From: Promethearchaeota archaeon
Lineage (GTDB): Archaea > Asgardarchaeota > Lokiarchaeia > Sigyniarchaeales > SOKP01
Direction of reading: 5' to 3'
NCBI GenBank assembly: GCA_016930515.1
Contig: JAFGGO010000093.1
Span: 1-38,563 of the forward strand
DNA: 38,563 nucleotides
Every line of letters starts with the position of its first letter. Positions within the stretch are counted from its first letter, which is position 1. Shown here one piece after another: positions 18,762-27,446 of this stretch. Under the pieces are notes generated by a model. The model was not told the DNA's origin. It searched no databases and saw nothing but the letters and a program-made list of their open reading frames with translations. The position numbers and the translations under genes are program-made.

Positions 18762-20279
18762 ATGTTCAAGAAAAATAAAATTAAAACGATTGATAAACCA
18801 GTCGAGCAATGCGCCGTTTTCGGCGTCACATGCGATGATATCGGCTATTCCGTTTCAAAATTGCTTTACGACGGCTTGATCGCTCTTCAACATAGAGGTC
18901 AAGAATCCACGGGTGTTTCTTTATATCACACGGGTGGAAATGGTATTTTTACCTATAAGAAGAAAGGCTTGGTCTCGAAAGTACTTAACAAGAAAAAATT
19001 GTCGCAACTCTGGGGTAATGTGGGTATAGGTCACAATAGATATGCAACCACGGGTTCCACGGAGTTTTCCTCGCATCACTACATCCAACCGTTTCACTTC
19101 AAAAACAACGATATGGAGTTTTCGTTCGCTTTTAACGGGACTATTCCCGTCTACGATAATATCAAACAAAAAATGGACGATATGGGGCGCATCTTTATCA
19201 CCAACACCGATACCGAAGTAATGGCGCAATTAATTGCATCTATCGCTCAAGGTACGGAAGATTGGGTGGAAGTGTTGAAAGTTGCGAGCCATTTTCTAGA
19301 AGGATCCTATTCCTTGATCTTGCTTACCAACGAGGGAGATATTTATGCCATGAGAGACCCGCTTGGTTTCAAGCCTCTTTGCATAGGAGAACTAAAAACT
19401 GAAAAAAGAAACCTTTATTTTATCGCCTCGGAATCGTGTGCAATGGACGCTGTTGGAGGCACGCTAATAAGGGATGTAAAACCTGGGGAAATCGTCCATT
19501 TAAGCCATCAAAAAGACATTCACACCGAGATGATCATCAAGTCGAAAACCACGGCTCGCTGCCAGTTTGAATACGTCTATTTTGCAAGACCCGATTCGAT
19601 CATCGATGGAATATCCGTGGCAAACGCTCGCTTGAATATGGGGATTCATTTGGCAAGAAACGACCCTTTATTGAAAGATCCCGAATTTAAGAAAAACGCC
19701 ATAGTCGTTCCCGTTCCAGATTCTGGCAGAAGTGCCTCCGTTGGATACGCAAAGGAATCTGGCCTCCCCTATGTAGAAGGGTTGATGAAAAATAGGTATG
19801 TTTGGAGAACTTTTATCATGCCAGGACAACTTAAGCGGGATGCCGCCGTCAAGGAAAAGCTCAATCCAATTCGGAGCGTCATCGAAGGTAGAGATGTCGT
19901 TCTCATCGATGATTCCATCGTGCGGGGAACTACTACACGGCAGATAATTTCTCTCATACGGGCTGTTGGTGCGAAATCCGTAAATGTACGAATTAGCTGT
20001 CCGCCCGTCTTAAGCGCCTGCTATATGGGAATAGACTTTCCAACGAGCGATGAACTCATAGCCGGAAAGAGCATACGATTATTTGGAGAAAATTACGTGG
20101 AAGAAATAAGAAAACAAATTGGAGCCGACTCTCTGCTTTACCAAAGACTTGAAGACTTGCTTAGTTCAATTGGGATGACGGAAAATCAACTATGTCTTGC
20201 CTGTTTGACTGGTAGGTATCCCTTGGAACGAATTCAACACCTTGCAGATTCTGAAAACGCCATTAAAATGAACAGATAA
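18762..20279 (+). CDS. purF: Amidophosphoribosyltransferase
   Basis: Propeptide followed by CAVFG; LQHRGQES; GHNRYATTG; CQFEYVYFARPDS; PVPDSG; PRPP motif VVLIDDSIVRGTT; CLAC. Confidence 0.97.
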   Translation: MFKKNKIKTIDKPVEQCAVFGVTCDDIGYSVSKLLYDGLIALQHRGQESTGVSLYHTGGNGIFTYKKKGLVSKVLNKKKLSQLWGNVGIGHNRYATTGSTEFSSHHYIQPFHFKNNDMEFSFAFNGTIPVYDNIKQKMDDMGRIFITNTDTEVMAQLIASIAQGTEDWVEVLKVASHFLEGSYSLILLTNEGDIYAMRDPLGFKPLCIGELKTEKRNLYFIASESCAMDAVGGTLIRDVKPGEIVHLSHQKDIHTEMIIKSKTTARCQFEYVYFARPDSIIDGISVANARLNMGIHLARNDPLLKDPEFKKNAIVVPVPDSGRSASVGYAKESGLPYVEGLMKNRYVWRTFIMPGQLKRDAAVKEKLNPIRSVIEGRDVVLIDDSIVRGTTTRQIISLIRAVGAKSVNVRISCPPVLSACYMGIDFPTSDELIAGKSIRLFGENYVEEIRKQIGADSLLYQRLEDLLSSIGMTENQLCLACLTGRYPLERIQHLADSENAIKMNR

Positions 20280-20309
20280 ACATAATTATTTATTTTTTAT
20301 TTTTTACTT

Positions 20310-20369
20310 ACCTATATTATTGCGTGTTAATGATCAAGTAGGTTAAATTTATAATATAGGTGCTTGATC
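20310..20369. repeat. Two interleaved inverted repeats between purF and the STM4015-like locus
   Basis: ACCTATATTAT (20310-20320) pairs perfectly with ATAATATAGGT (20351-20361). GATCAAGTA (20332-20340) pairs with TGCTTGATC (20361-20369) with one G-T pair. A TTTATAAT box lies inside. Confidence 0.55.
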
Positions 20370-20434
20370 GATTACAAAGGTAAACTCTTATATATTATTA
20401 TGATCTTTATTAATAAAAATATTTTTGGTATCTA

Positions 20435-21421
20435 ATGATGTTATTTGGTCATTATCTTGAAGAATTTAACGGAAGACCCGTGAGAGCTTTTATTGAAGAG
20501 TTTATAAAAAACAAGAAAGAAATAATAAATCCTGATCTTGTGTATTCCATCTCCACCCACTACGATTACGATGAATACAATTGGATTGATTTATTTTCCA
20601 TATTTTTAAACCTACCTGGTGTGGAGAAAACTACTGCCATAATTATCGGTTGTTGGGAAGAAATTAATCATGCGCCTACTCAGATCGTCGAAGCCCTGGT
20701 TGCTGCAAAAAACAAGTTGCCGGGATTAAGAGCAATCTTTTTTGCAGATATTATCTACGAGGACAACGAGTTGTCGTGGATAAATCAACCTGACCTCACA
20801 CCAATATTAAAAGCGTTTCCAAACTTAGAATACCTTGCGATTCGGGGAAGTAATGATCTTTCTCTTGCGGGAATTGAGCACGATAATTTAAAAACGCTTA
20901 TTATACAGTCGGCAGGCTTGGATCGTTCGGTTGTTAACCAAATAATTGAAGGAAGATTACCCTCTTTAGAACATTTGGAATTATATCTTGGATGCTCAAG
21001 ACAAGGAGCAAATTCTACAGTGAACGATTTTAAAGACCTGTTTTTTGGAAATCTATTTCCAAACTTGAAGTATCTTGGCTTAAGAAATAGCGAAATTGCT
21101 GACGAATTAGCAAAACTCATTGCAAACGCTCCTATTCTAAATTTAATTGAGGCGCTGGACTTATCGCTCGGAACATTATCTGACAAAGGATTGGAATCAT
21201 TGCTAAACAGTTCCTTGTTAAAAAACCTGAAAAAATTGGATATATATCACCATTACTGTTCGAGCAAATTGCTCCAACGCTTGAATCAATTCGCAAAAAC
21301 AACTGGAATTGATGTTGATTTCAGCGAAAAACTCTTGGAAGAACGCGATGAAGATATCGATTGGGACGACGATTACGAAGAAGACGAGGGCAGCTATCGA
21401 TATGTAGCTTACATGGAATAG
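20435..21421 (+). CDS. STM4015-like LRR-type protein, copy 1
   Basis: TTAIIIGCW, LRAIFFADI..E..ELSWINQ.DL.PIL.AFPNLE.L.IRG, LEHLELYLG, LKYLGLRNSEI.D, LDLSLGTLSD.G; acidic tail ending YRYVAYME. Confidence 0.85.
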   Translation: MMLFGHYLEEFNGRPVRAFIEEFIKNKKEIINPDLVYSISTHYDYDEYNWIDLFSIFLNLPGVEKTTAIIIGCWEEINHAPTQIVEALVAAKNKLPGLRAIFFADIIYEDNELSWINQPDLTPILKAFPNLEYLAIRGSNDLSLAGIEHDNLKTLIIQSAGLDRSVVNQIIEGRLPSLEHLELYLGCSRQGANSTVNDFKDLFFGNLFPNLKYLGLRNSEIADELAKLIANAPILNLIEALDLSLGTLSDKGLESLLNSSLLKNLKKLDIYHHYCSSKLLQRLNQFAKTTGIDVDFSEKLLEERDEDIDWDDDYEEDEGSYRYVAYME

Positions 21422-21529
21422 TCCTGTTTTTTTGCGAAATTTGAAAACCTTTATTCATACTTTTATGTGATAATTCTTTATCTTTCTAAAATATTAAAAA
21501 TATACTAATTAGGTTGAAGATGATATAAT

Positions 21530-22480
21530 TTGACAAATGACGATCACCTTAAAAACTTCGACGGGAAACCCGTAATAGATTTTTACGAGGATTTTGTAGA
21601 GAAGAAAAACGATACTATAAATCAAAATGTTGTATATAGGATATCAATGCCTTATGAAGACGACGAAAAATATAACTGGAACGACTTATTTTCGATGTTC
21701 ATAAACGCTCCCGGTTCGGAAACCACGACAGCATTAATCGTTGGGATGTGGGGTGGATGGGAGGACATGACCGACACGTCTCCTGACAATGTCGTGGAAG
21801 CACTCGTTGCTGCTAGAAACAAACTTCCGAAGCTTAAATCGCTATTTATTGGCGATATCATAGTCGAAGAATGCGAAGTCTCCTGGTTGATTCAGACAGA
21901 CCTTACGCCTATACTCAAAGCTTATCCAAACCTTGAATACTTCGCCATCAGGGGAAGTAACGAGCTCTCGCTCGAGGGCATGGCCTCTGATAGTTTAAAA
22001 TCGTTGATTTTACAAAGTGGTGGGCTGGATCGAGATATCGTGCAAGAAGTTCTAAATGGTAATCTTCCTAACTTAGAGCACCTCGAGTTATGGCTTGGGA
22101 GTCAATACTATGGCGAAATTACCAATGTGGGCGACTTCAAGGATTTAATTGCGGGTCACCTGTTTCCAAAATTAAAATATTTGGGCTTGAGAAATAGCGA
22201 GATTACTGACGACTTGGCAAGAGAATTAGCAAACTCTCCTATCTTGGAAAGACTTGAAATTCTAGATTTATCGTATGGGACTTTAGGGGACAAGGGTGCC
22301 GAAGCCTTGCTTAACAGCCCCTTGATCAAGAATCTCAAGGAATTGGATCTGCATTGGCATTATTGTTCGAAAGCGATGATGGAAAAATTTGAAAAACTTG
22401 GCCTAGAGAAAGGTATTAACATTGACTTGGAAGAAGAACAAGGTGAAGAAGAAGAGCGCTATATTGTTATGAGCGAATAA
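21530..22480 (+). CDS. STM4015-like LRR-type protein, copy 2
   Basis: Colinear tandem paralog of 20435-21421 (LKSLFIGDIIVEECEVSWLIQ, LEHLELWLG, LKYLGLRNSEITD); ends EEEERYIVMSE. Confidence 0.85.
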   Translation: MTNDDHLKNFDGKPVIDFYEDFVEKKNDTINQNVVYRISMPYEDDEKYNWNDLFSMFINAPGSETTTALIVGMWGGWEDMTDTSPDNVVEALVAARNKLPKLKSLFIGDIIVEECEVSWLIQTDLTPILKAYPNLEYFAIRGSNELSLEGMASDSLKSLILQSGGLDRDIVQEVLNGNLPNLEHLELWLGSQYYGEITNVGDFKDLIAGHLFPKLKYLGLRNSEITDDLARELANSPILERLEILDLSYGTLGDKGAEALLNSPLIKNLKELDLHWHYCSKAMMEKFEKLGLEKGINIDLEEEQGEEEERYIVMSE

Positions 22481-22564
22481 TATCTCACTTTTTTGCCAAA
22501 CGATTTTTTATTATTAAATATGTGTTTATTACAAAATATAAGCATTTACAGAATAAATTAGATC

Positions 22565-22690
22565 ATGGTATTCAATAAACGATTAGTTGAATTTGATGGA
22601 AAGCCCTAATGGACTTTTTAGAAGAATTTATTGTAAAAAAAAGGAAATTGTTAATGTGATGTATATCGCTATGTTGCAGTAAGCAAATAA
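22565..22690 (+). pseudogene. Internally deleted third STM4015-like copy (N-terminus joined to C-terminus)
   Basis: With two 1-nt frameshifts it reads MVFNKRLVEFDGKP/MDFLEEFIVKK/EIVN, compared with HLKNFDGKPVIDFYEDFVEKK and EFNGRPVRAFIEEFIKNKKEIIN. It then runs straight into DVYRYVAVSK*, compared with SYRYVAYME*. Confidence 0.8.
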
Positions 22691-22760
22691 CCAACTTAAA
22701 GAAACCAAATTTCACTGAGAATATTTTTTTTCATTACACCATTTTTTAATTTGTACTTGT

Positions 22761-23948
22761 ATGGATACAATGTCCCTTCTAGAGAAAAATTTTAAAAATT
22801 TAAATGTCAAAGATGGAATCGTCCTAATTGGAAATCCAAATGGTTGGAGAGTGAATTACTTTCAAAAAACCTTAGCTCAATTGAGACTTCCTCCCGCTAC
22901 AGTCGTGAACTATAAATCTTTGATTAAGAAAGAAGTACATTTATCCGAATATGTGCGAGAGGGAACAATAGTCAAGATAGAATCTCCTGACCAAGATTTT
23001 AAAGTAGAAAAATTATTGTTAGAGCTTGGAGCGCCTTTTATTCAAAACGAATATAATCATCTAACCATCGAAGAAATCAGATCGTTAAAATTTGATTTAG
23101 GAAGGATTTTACCTCAACGCCAGTGGTATTTGGGTTTTTTAATTTTACTTGAAACCATTGAACAGCAATTAAATGGTTGCGAACAACATTACTTGCTTAA
23201 TCATCCTTCAGATATCGGTTTGATGTTTGATAAATGCAATTGTTATAAAAAGTTATCAGAACACGAGATAAAGATGCCTATATCCTTAGATCCTGTGAAT
23301 TCTTACGACGATCTTGTGGAAAAGATGGATGAAAAGGGACTTAATCGAGCTTTTATCAAATTATCTAATGGATCTAGCGCTTCGGGTGTCGTTGCGTATA
23401 GAAGAATAGGAACTAAAGAATTAGCAATAACTACTTCAGAAATGGTTCGAAATGGTAGTTCGTTAAAGTTTTATAATTCAAAACGGATGCAAGTATATAG
23501 AGAAACCAATGACATAAGGGATCTTATTAATTTTATCTGCAGTAATAAGGCTCACGCTGAAGAATGGTTACCGAAAGCAGCAATAAAAGATCACCTTTTC
23601 GATTTGAGGGTAGTGGTCATTGATGGAAAAGCTGAGCACATCGTTCCACGCTTGAGTCGAAATCCCATGACAAATCTTCATCTCTCGAACAAGCGAGGAC
23701 GTTTTGAGGATGTCTTAAAAAGGTTAGGCATGGATGAATGGTCCTCTGCCCTTGTAACTTGCGAAAAAGCAATGTCGTGTTTTCCAAAATCATTTTATGC
23801 TGGTGTCGATCTTGTAATTATTGCCGGTTTTAGAGATCACGCCGTGCTTGAGATGAACGCTTTTGGGGACCTATTGATTGATCCAATTACCGATACTGTT
23901 TTGCCTTACTTCCAAGAAATAAAAAAATTATTCCGAATAGAGTGCTAA
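22761..23948 (+). CDS. STM4014-like ATP-grasp protein
   Basis: IGNP..RV..FQ, MFDK, FIKLSNGSSASGV, EEWLPK, FDLRVVVI, PMTNLHL.N.RG, GVDL, VLEMNAFGDLL (RimK-like ATP-grasp motifs). Confidence 0.85.
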   Translation: MDTMSLLEKNFKNLNVKDGIVLIGNPNGWRVNYFQKTLAQLRLPPATVVNYKSLIKKEVHLSEYVREGTIVKIESPDQDFKVEKLLLELGAPFIQNEYNHLTIEEIRSLKFDLGRILPQRQWYLGFLILLETIEQQLNGCEQHYLLNHPSDIGLMFDKCNCYKKLSEHEIKMPISLDPVNSYDDLVEKMDEKGLNRAFIKLSNGSSASGVVAYRRIGTKELAITTSEMVRNGSSLKFYNSKRMQVYRETNDIRDLINFICSNKAHAEEWLPKAAIKDHLFDLRVVVIDGKAEHIVPRLSRNPMTNLHLSNKRGRFEDVLKRLGMDEWSSALVTCEKAMSCFPKSFYAGVDLVIIAGFRDHAVLEMNAFGDLLIDPITDTVLPYFQEIKKLFRIEC

Positions 23949-24763
23949 TTTTGATAAACGCTAAGGAAATTATGGGGATATATGATATATTATTCGTGAC
24001 CGTGGATAGCTTGCGCTACGATGTTGCTTGTAATTGCTTGAAAAAGGGAACAACGCCTAACCTTGAACGGCTCCTCCCAGAAAATCAATGGGAAAAGAGA
24101 CACACGCCTGGAAATTACACGCTTCCAGCACATCTTTCATTTTTTTCGGGCTTTTTTCCAACACCAGAAAATAGGCCTAAGGCTTCTCGATTATTTGCCG
24201 TGAAATTTCCCCAAAATGACACCGTAAATTCGAAAACATTTGTATTCGATGCGCCAAATATCGTAAAAGGTTTTGAAAAACAGGGTTATCACACGATCTG
24301 CGTTGGCGGTGTAGGTTTTTTTAACAAGAGTAATTATCTTGGTAATATCCTCCCAAGTTTTTTTCTTGAAAGTCATTGGAAACCGCCCTTGGGAACAACT
24401 AGTCGAACTTCTACCGAAAAGCAAATTGATGTTGCGATCAAGAGCCTGACTCCGCTTGAACCTTCAAAAAGAGCATTTCTCTTTATGAATGTCTCCGCTA
24501 CTCACAGACCAAGTCATATTTTCCTTGAGGGTGCGAGACGAGACTCTATTGAAACCCAAGAAGCCGCATTGGAATATGTAGACTTTCATCTTCAAAGACT
24601 TTTTGAGTTCATGGGAAAAAGAGCGCCTACGCTCGTCATAATCTGCTCAGATCACGGAGAAGCATTTGGTGAAGACGGATATTTTGGCCACAGGCTCTCT
24701 CATCCGGTCGTTTGGGATGTGCCATACGCAGAATTCCTTTTAGGGAGGGATAAAAAAGAGTGA
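23942..24763 (+). CDS. STM4013-like alkaline-phosphatase/sulfatase-superfamily metalloenzyme
   Basis: ILFVTVDSLRYD, HTPGNYTLPAH, NVSATHRP, EYVD, CSDHGEAFGEDGYFGHR. Confidence 0.87.
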   Translation: MLILINAKEIMGIYDILFVTVDSLRYDVACNCLKKGTTPNLERLLPENQWEKRHTPGNYTLPAHLSFFSGFFPTPENRPKASRLFAVKFPQNDTVNSKTFVFDAPNIVKGFEKQGYHTICVGGVGFFNKSNYLGNILPSFFLESHWKPPLGTTSRTSTEKQIDVAIKSLTPLEPSKRAFLFMNVSATHRPSHIFLEGARRDSIETQEAALEYVDFHLQRLFEFMGKRAPTLVIICSDHGEAFGEDGYFGHRLSHPVVWDVPYAEFLLGRDKKE

Positions 24764-26097
24764 ATCAAACATCTGATGTAAGCTCGATCGAAGAACTATT
24801 TGTTAACGAACCATTCAAATCGTACGCTTACGCTTATCCTCATAAAACTACATATAGAGCATTTTCCCCTCCACTTCAATTAAAGGACCTATGGTCAAAA
24901 GAGAGAATAGACGCTTTGTTCTTATATTTTCACATTCCTTTTTGTGAAACTAAATGTTCCTATTGTAACCTATTTAGCACTTCTAAACAAATAAATGGAC
25001 TCGTTTCGAAATACTTTGACACATTGCGTCGTCAATCAGAAATCATAATGGATATTTTAAAAAACGCCAAGATCGCCACGATGGCCATTGGTGGTGGTAC
25101 TCCAACTCTCATATCGTCTTCTCAATTACATCAGTTATTCGACATTGCTAAAGAGATTTTTAAAGTAGATCCCCTTAAAGTACCCATATCCGTTGAAACA
25201 TCTCCTAAAACAATAAGTCCTGAAAAAATCTCTATATTAAAAGAGAGAGGCGTGGAAAGAATAAGCGTTGGTGTTCAGACGTTCAACGAGGCTGAAACAA
25301 GAGCACTTGGCCGCTTGCAATCAAAGGAGGAGGTTTCGAATGCTCTAGATTTGATAAAATCTCACGATTTCAATCGATTAAACATTGACTTGATATATGG
25401 CATTCCCGAGCAAACCTTGAGTTCTTTTGTGCGATCGATTGAAAGCGCTTTAATTTACAATCCTGAAGAAATTTACCTTTATCCGCTTTATATTAGGCCA
25501 TTGACTCCGTTAGGGAATAAAAAGAACGACAATGAGGACAAAAGAATTTTATTTTATCGAAAGGGTCGACAGATCCTCTTGGAGCATGGATATATGCAGC
25601 ATTCAATGAGAATGTTTCGATTAAAAACAAAAGGATCCCCTTCTTGTTCAAGCTACTCCTGTCAAGAGGATGGGATGATTGGAATGGGATGTGGATCGCG
25701 CTCGTATACGAAAAAAGTTCATTATTCTGAGGAATACGCAGTTAAACAAGAGTCTATTTTAAAAATTTTAACAAATTATATAAAAAAACCTAATAAAATG
25801 TTCCAACAAGCATTGCACGGCATAAAACTCACACTAGAGGATCAAAAAAGGCGTTACGTGTTGAAATCGATTTTAAAAGAACCGGGTTTGAGCTTAAACG
25901 ATTTTCACAAGTTCTTTAATATCGACGCTCTTGATGCAATGCCAGAACTCTTGCAATTAATGAAACAGGGTTATATTGACCAAGTTGGAAATTACTTAAA
26001 AATGACAGAACAGGGTTTGGAACGCTCTGATGTGATCAGTTATTGGTTATATTCTGATACCGTAAAGCAACTAATGGTGAACTACGAGCCATCATGA
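24760..26097 (+). CDS. STM4012-like HemN/class C-type radical SAM protein
   Basis: YAYAYPHKTTY, LYFHIPFCETKCSYCNLF (CxxxCxxC), GGGTPT, RISVGVQTF, NIDLIYGIP.Q. GTGA overlap with the upstream gene. Confidence 0.9.
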   Translation: MNQTSDVSSIEELFVNEPFKSYAYAYPHKTTYRAFSPPLQLKDLWSKERIDALFLYFHIPFCETKCSYCNLFSTSKQINGLVSKYFDTLRRQSEIIMDILKNAKIATMAIGGGTPTLISSSQLHQLFDIAKEIFKVDPLKVPISVETSPKTISPEKISILKERGVERISVGVQTFNEAETRALGRLQSKEEVSNALDLIKSHDFNRLNIDLIYGIPEQTLSSFVRSIESALIYNPEEIYLYPLYIRPLTPLGNKKNDNEDKRILFYRKGRQILLEHGYMQHSMRMFRLKTKGSPSCSSYSCQEDGMIGMGCGSRSYTKKVHYSEEYAVKQESILKILTNYIKKPNKMFQQALHGIKLTLEDQKRRYVLKSILKEPGLSLNDFHKFFNIDALDAMPELLQLMKQGYIDQVGNYLKMTEQGLERSDVISYWLYSDTVKQLMVNYEPS

Positions 26098-26966
26098 ACT
26101 TGTCCATCTTGTATCGGGGTATTTTGAAAAGCTGTAATTACAAGTGTTCTTATTGTCCATTCCATCCAAAAGACGAAAATGAGTCCACGAGAAAAAAAGA
26201 TCGGGAAATGCTAAAACGATTCGTGGGATGGATTAAAGAACATGAAGAACACGACTTTTCAGTCTTTTTCACTCCTTCGGGAGAGGCACTCATTAAGCCG
26301 AGATATCAAGAAGCTCTAATCAAATTGAGTAATTGTTCTCACGTGAAGAAAGTAGTCATACAAACAAATCTTTCTTGCGATTTAGATTGGTTAAACCGAT
26401 TAAATCGAGAACGCGTGGCGTTTTGGACCACGTTTCATCCGCAGAAAGCATTGATTTCGGATTTCATAAATAAATGTCACCAACTAACGAATTTAAAAAT
26501 TAAGTATAGCGTGGGTATTGTTGGCTTGAAAGAACATTACCGCGATATTGAACGATTGAGAAACGAACTTCTTCCAGAAATATATCTGTGGATTAACGCT
26601 TATAAAGATGTACCGCAATATTACTCTGCTCATGAAGTTGAGTTTTTAACGAATATCGATCCTTATTTTTCAGTGAACAACGCTTTGTACGAAAGTCGAG
26701 GACGATCCTGCAAGGCGGGAAAAAATGTGATTTCTGTTGACGGATACGGGCGTGTCTGGCCCTGTAATTTCGCTCGAAGGTCAATGGGCAACATTTATAA
26801 ATCAGACTTAGAGGATATTTTAAGAGAACAACCGTGTGAAAACGAATTCTGCCATTGCCATATTGGTTATGTGCATTTGGATTACCTTGAACTTGAAAAA
26901 GTGTTTGGAGAGGGTATTTTAGAAAGAATACCAAAATCGTTTTCTTGGTCAAAACCACCAATTTAG
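26094..26966 (+). CDS. STM4011-like radical SAM protein with C-terminal auxiliary Cys cluster
   Basis: ILYRG.L.SCNYKCSYCPF, FTP.GEAL, QTNLS, WINAYK, C.AG...VWPCNF...C....CHCHIGYVH. ATGA overlap. Confidence 0.88.
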   Translation: MNLSILYRGILKSCNYKCSYCPFHPKDENESTRKKDREMLKRFVGWIKEHEEHDFSVFFTPSGEALIKPRYQEALIKLSNCSHVKKVVIQTNLSCDLDWLNRLNRERVAFWTTFHPQKALISDFINKCHQLTNLKIKYSVGIVGLKEHYRDIERLRNELLPEIYLWINAYKDVPQYYSAHEVEFLTNIDPYFSVNNALYESRGRSCKAGKNVISVDGYGRVWPCNFARRSMGNIYKSDLEDILREQPCENEFCHCHIGYVHLDYLELEKVFGEGILERIPKSFSWSKPPI

Positions 26967-27113
26967 AATGAAAATCAGAACTTTCTCTTCCTCTAACAGT
27001 TTTATTTTTATCAAGAATATTTTAAAAAAAGTTCATTTTTCTACCATATACTTTTATAAAGTATCGTTATATTTGATAAAATACCGAATTATAAAATTAG
27101 AATTGATGATATT

Positions 27114-27410
27114 ATGTGGCGACATGGAGATGTTATAATAGAAAAAATTAAAAAACTTCCCGAAGGGTTATCAAAAAAGAAAACTCACATACTCGTGAAA
27201 GGAGAAATCACGGGACACGCACATAGATTCCAAGATCCTCGTTCAGTACAACTTTGGGAAGACAATGGTGCCTTATTCTTCGAAGTTCTAGAACCAAGCG
27301 CTTCATTAATACACGAAGAACACAACACGATTGAATTTAAAAAAGGAACTTATCTCGTAAAAATTCAAAGGGAATATACACCAAAAGAAATTGTAAGAAT
27401 ACGGGATTAA
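27114..27410 (+). CDS. Small His-rich conserved protein (RHGDV...GE.TGHAH...HEEH...QREY)
   Basis: 98-aa ORF with ATG start and clustered His motifs; a type of protein I recall occurring next to DUF6745 genes. Confidence 0.8.
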   Translation: MWRHGDVIIEKIKKLPEGLSKKKTHILVKGEITGHAHRFQDPRSVQLWEDNGALFFEVLEPSASLIHEEHNTIEFKKGTYLVKIQREYTPKEIVRIRD

Positions 27411-27446
27411 AACCTTCAATAATTATTTTTTATCACGGGGAAATAA

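Noticed and set aside
24760-26097. Calling this gene hemN/hemW (heme metabolism)
   Set aside because: The fold is HemN-like, but the YxYxYPHK N-terminus and the operon context match the STM4012-like family; no heme genes are nearby.
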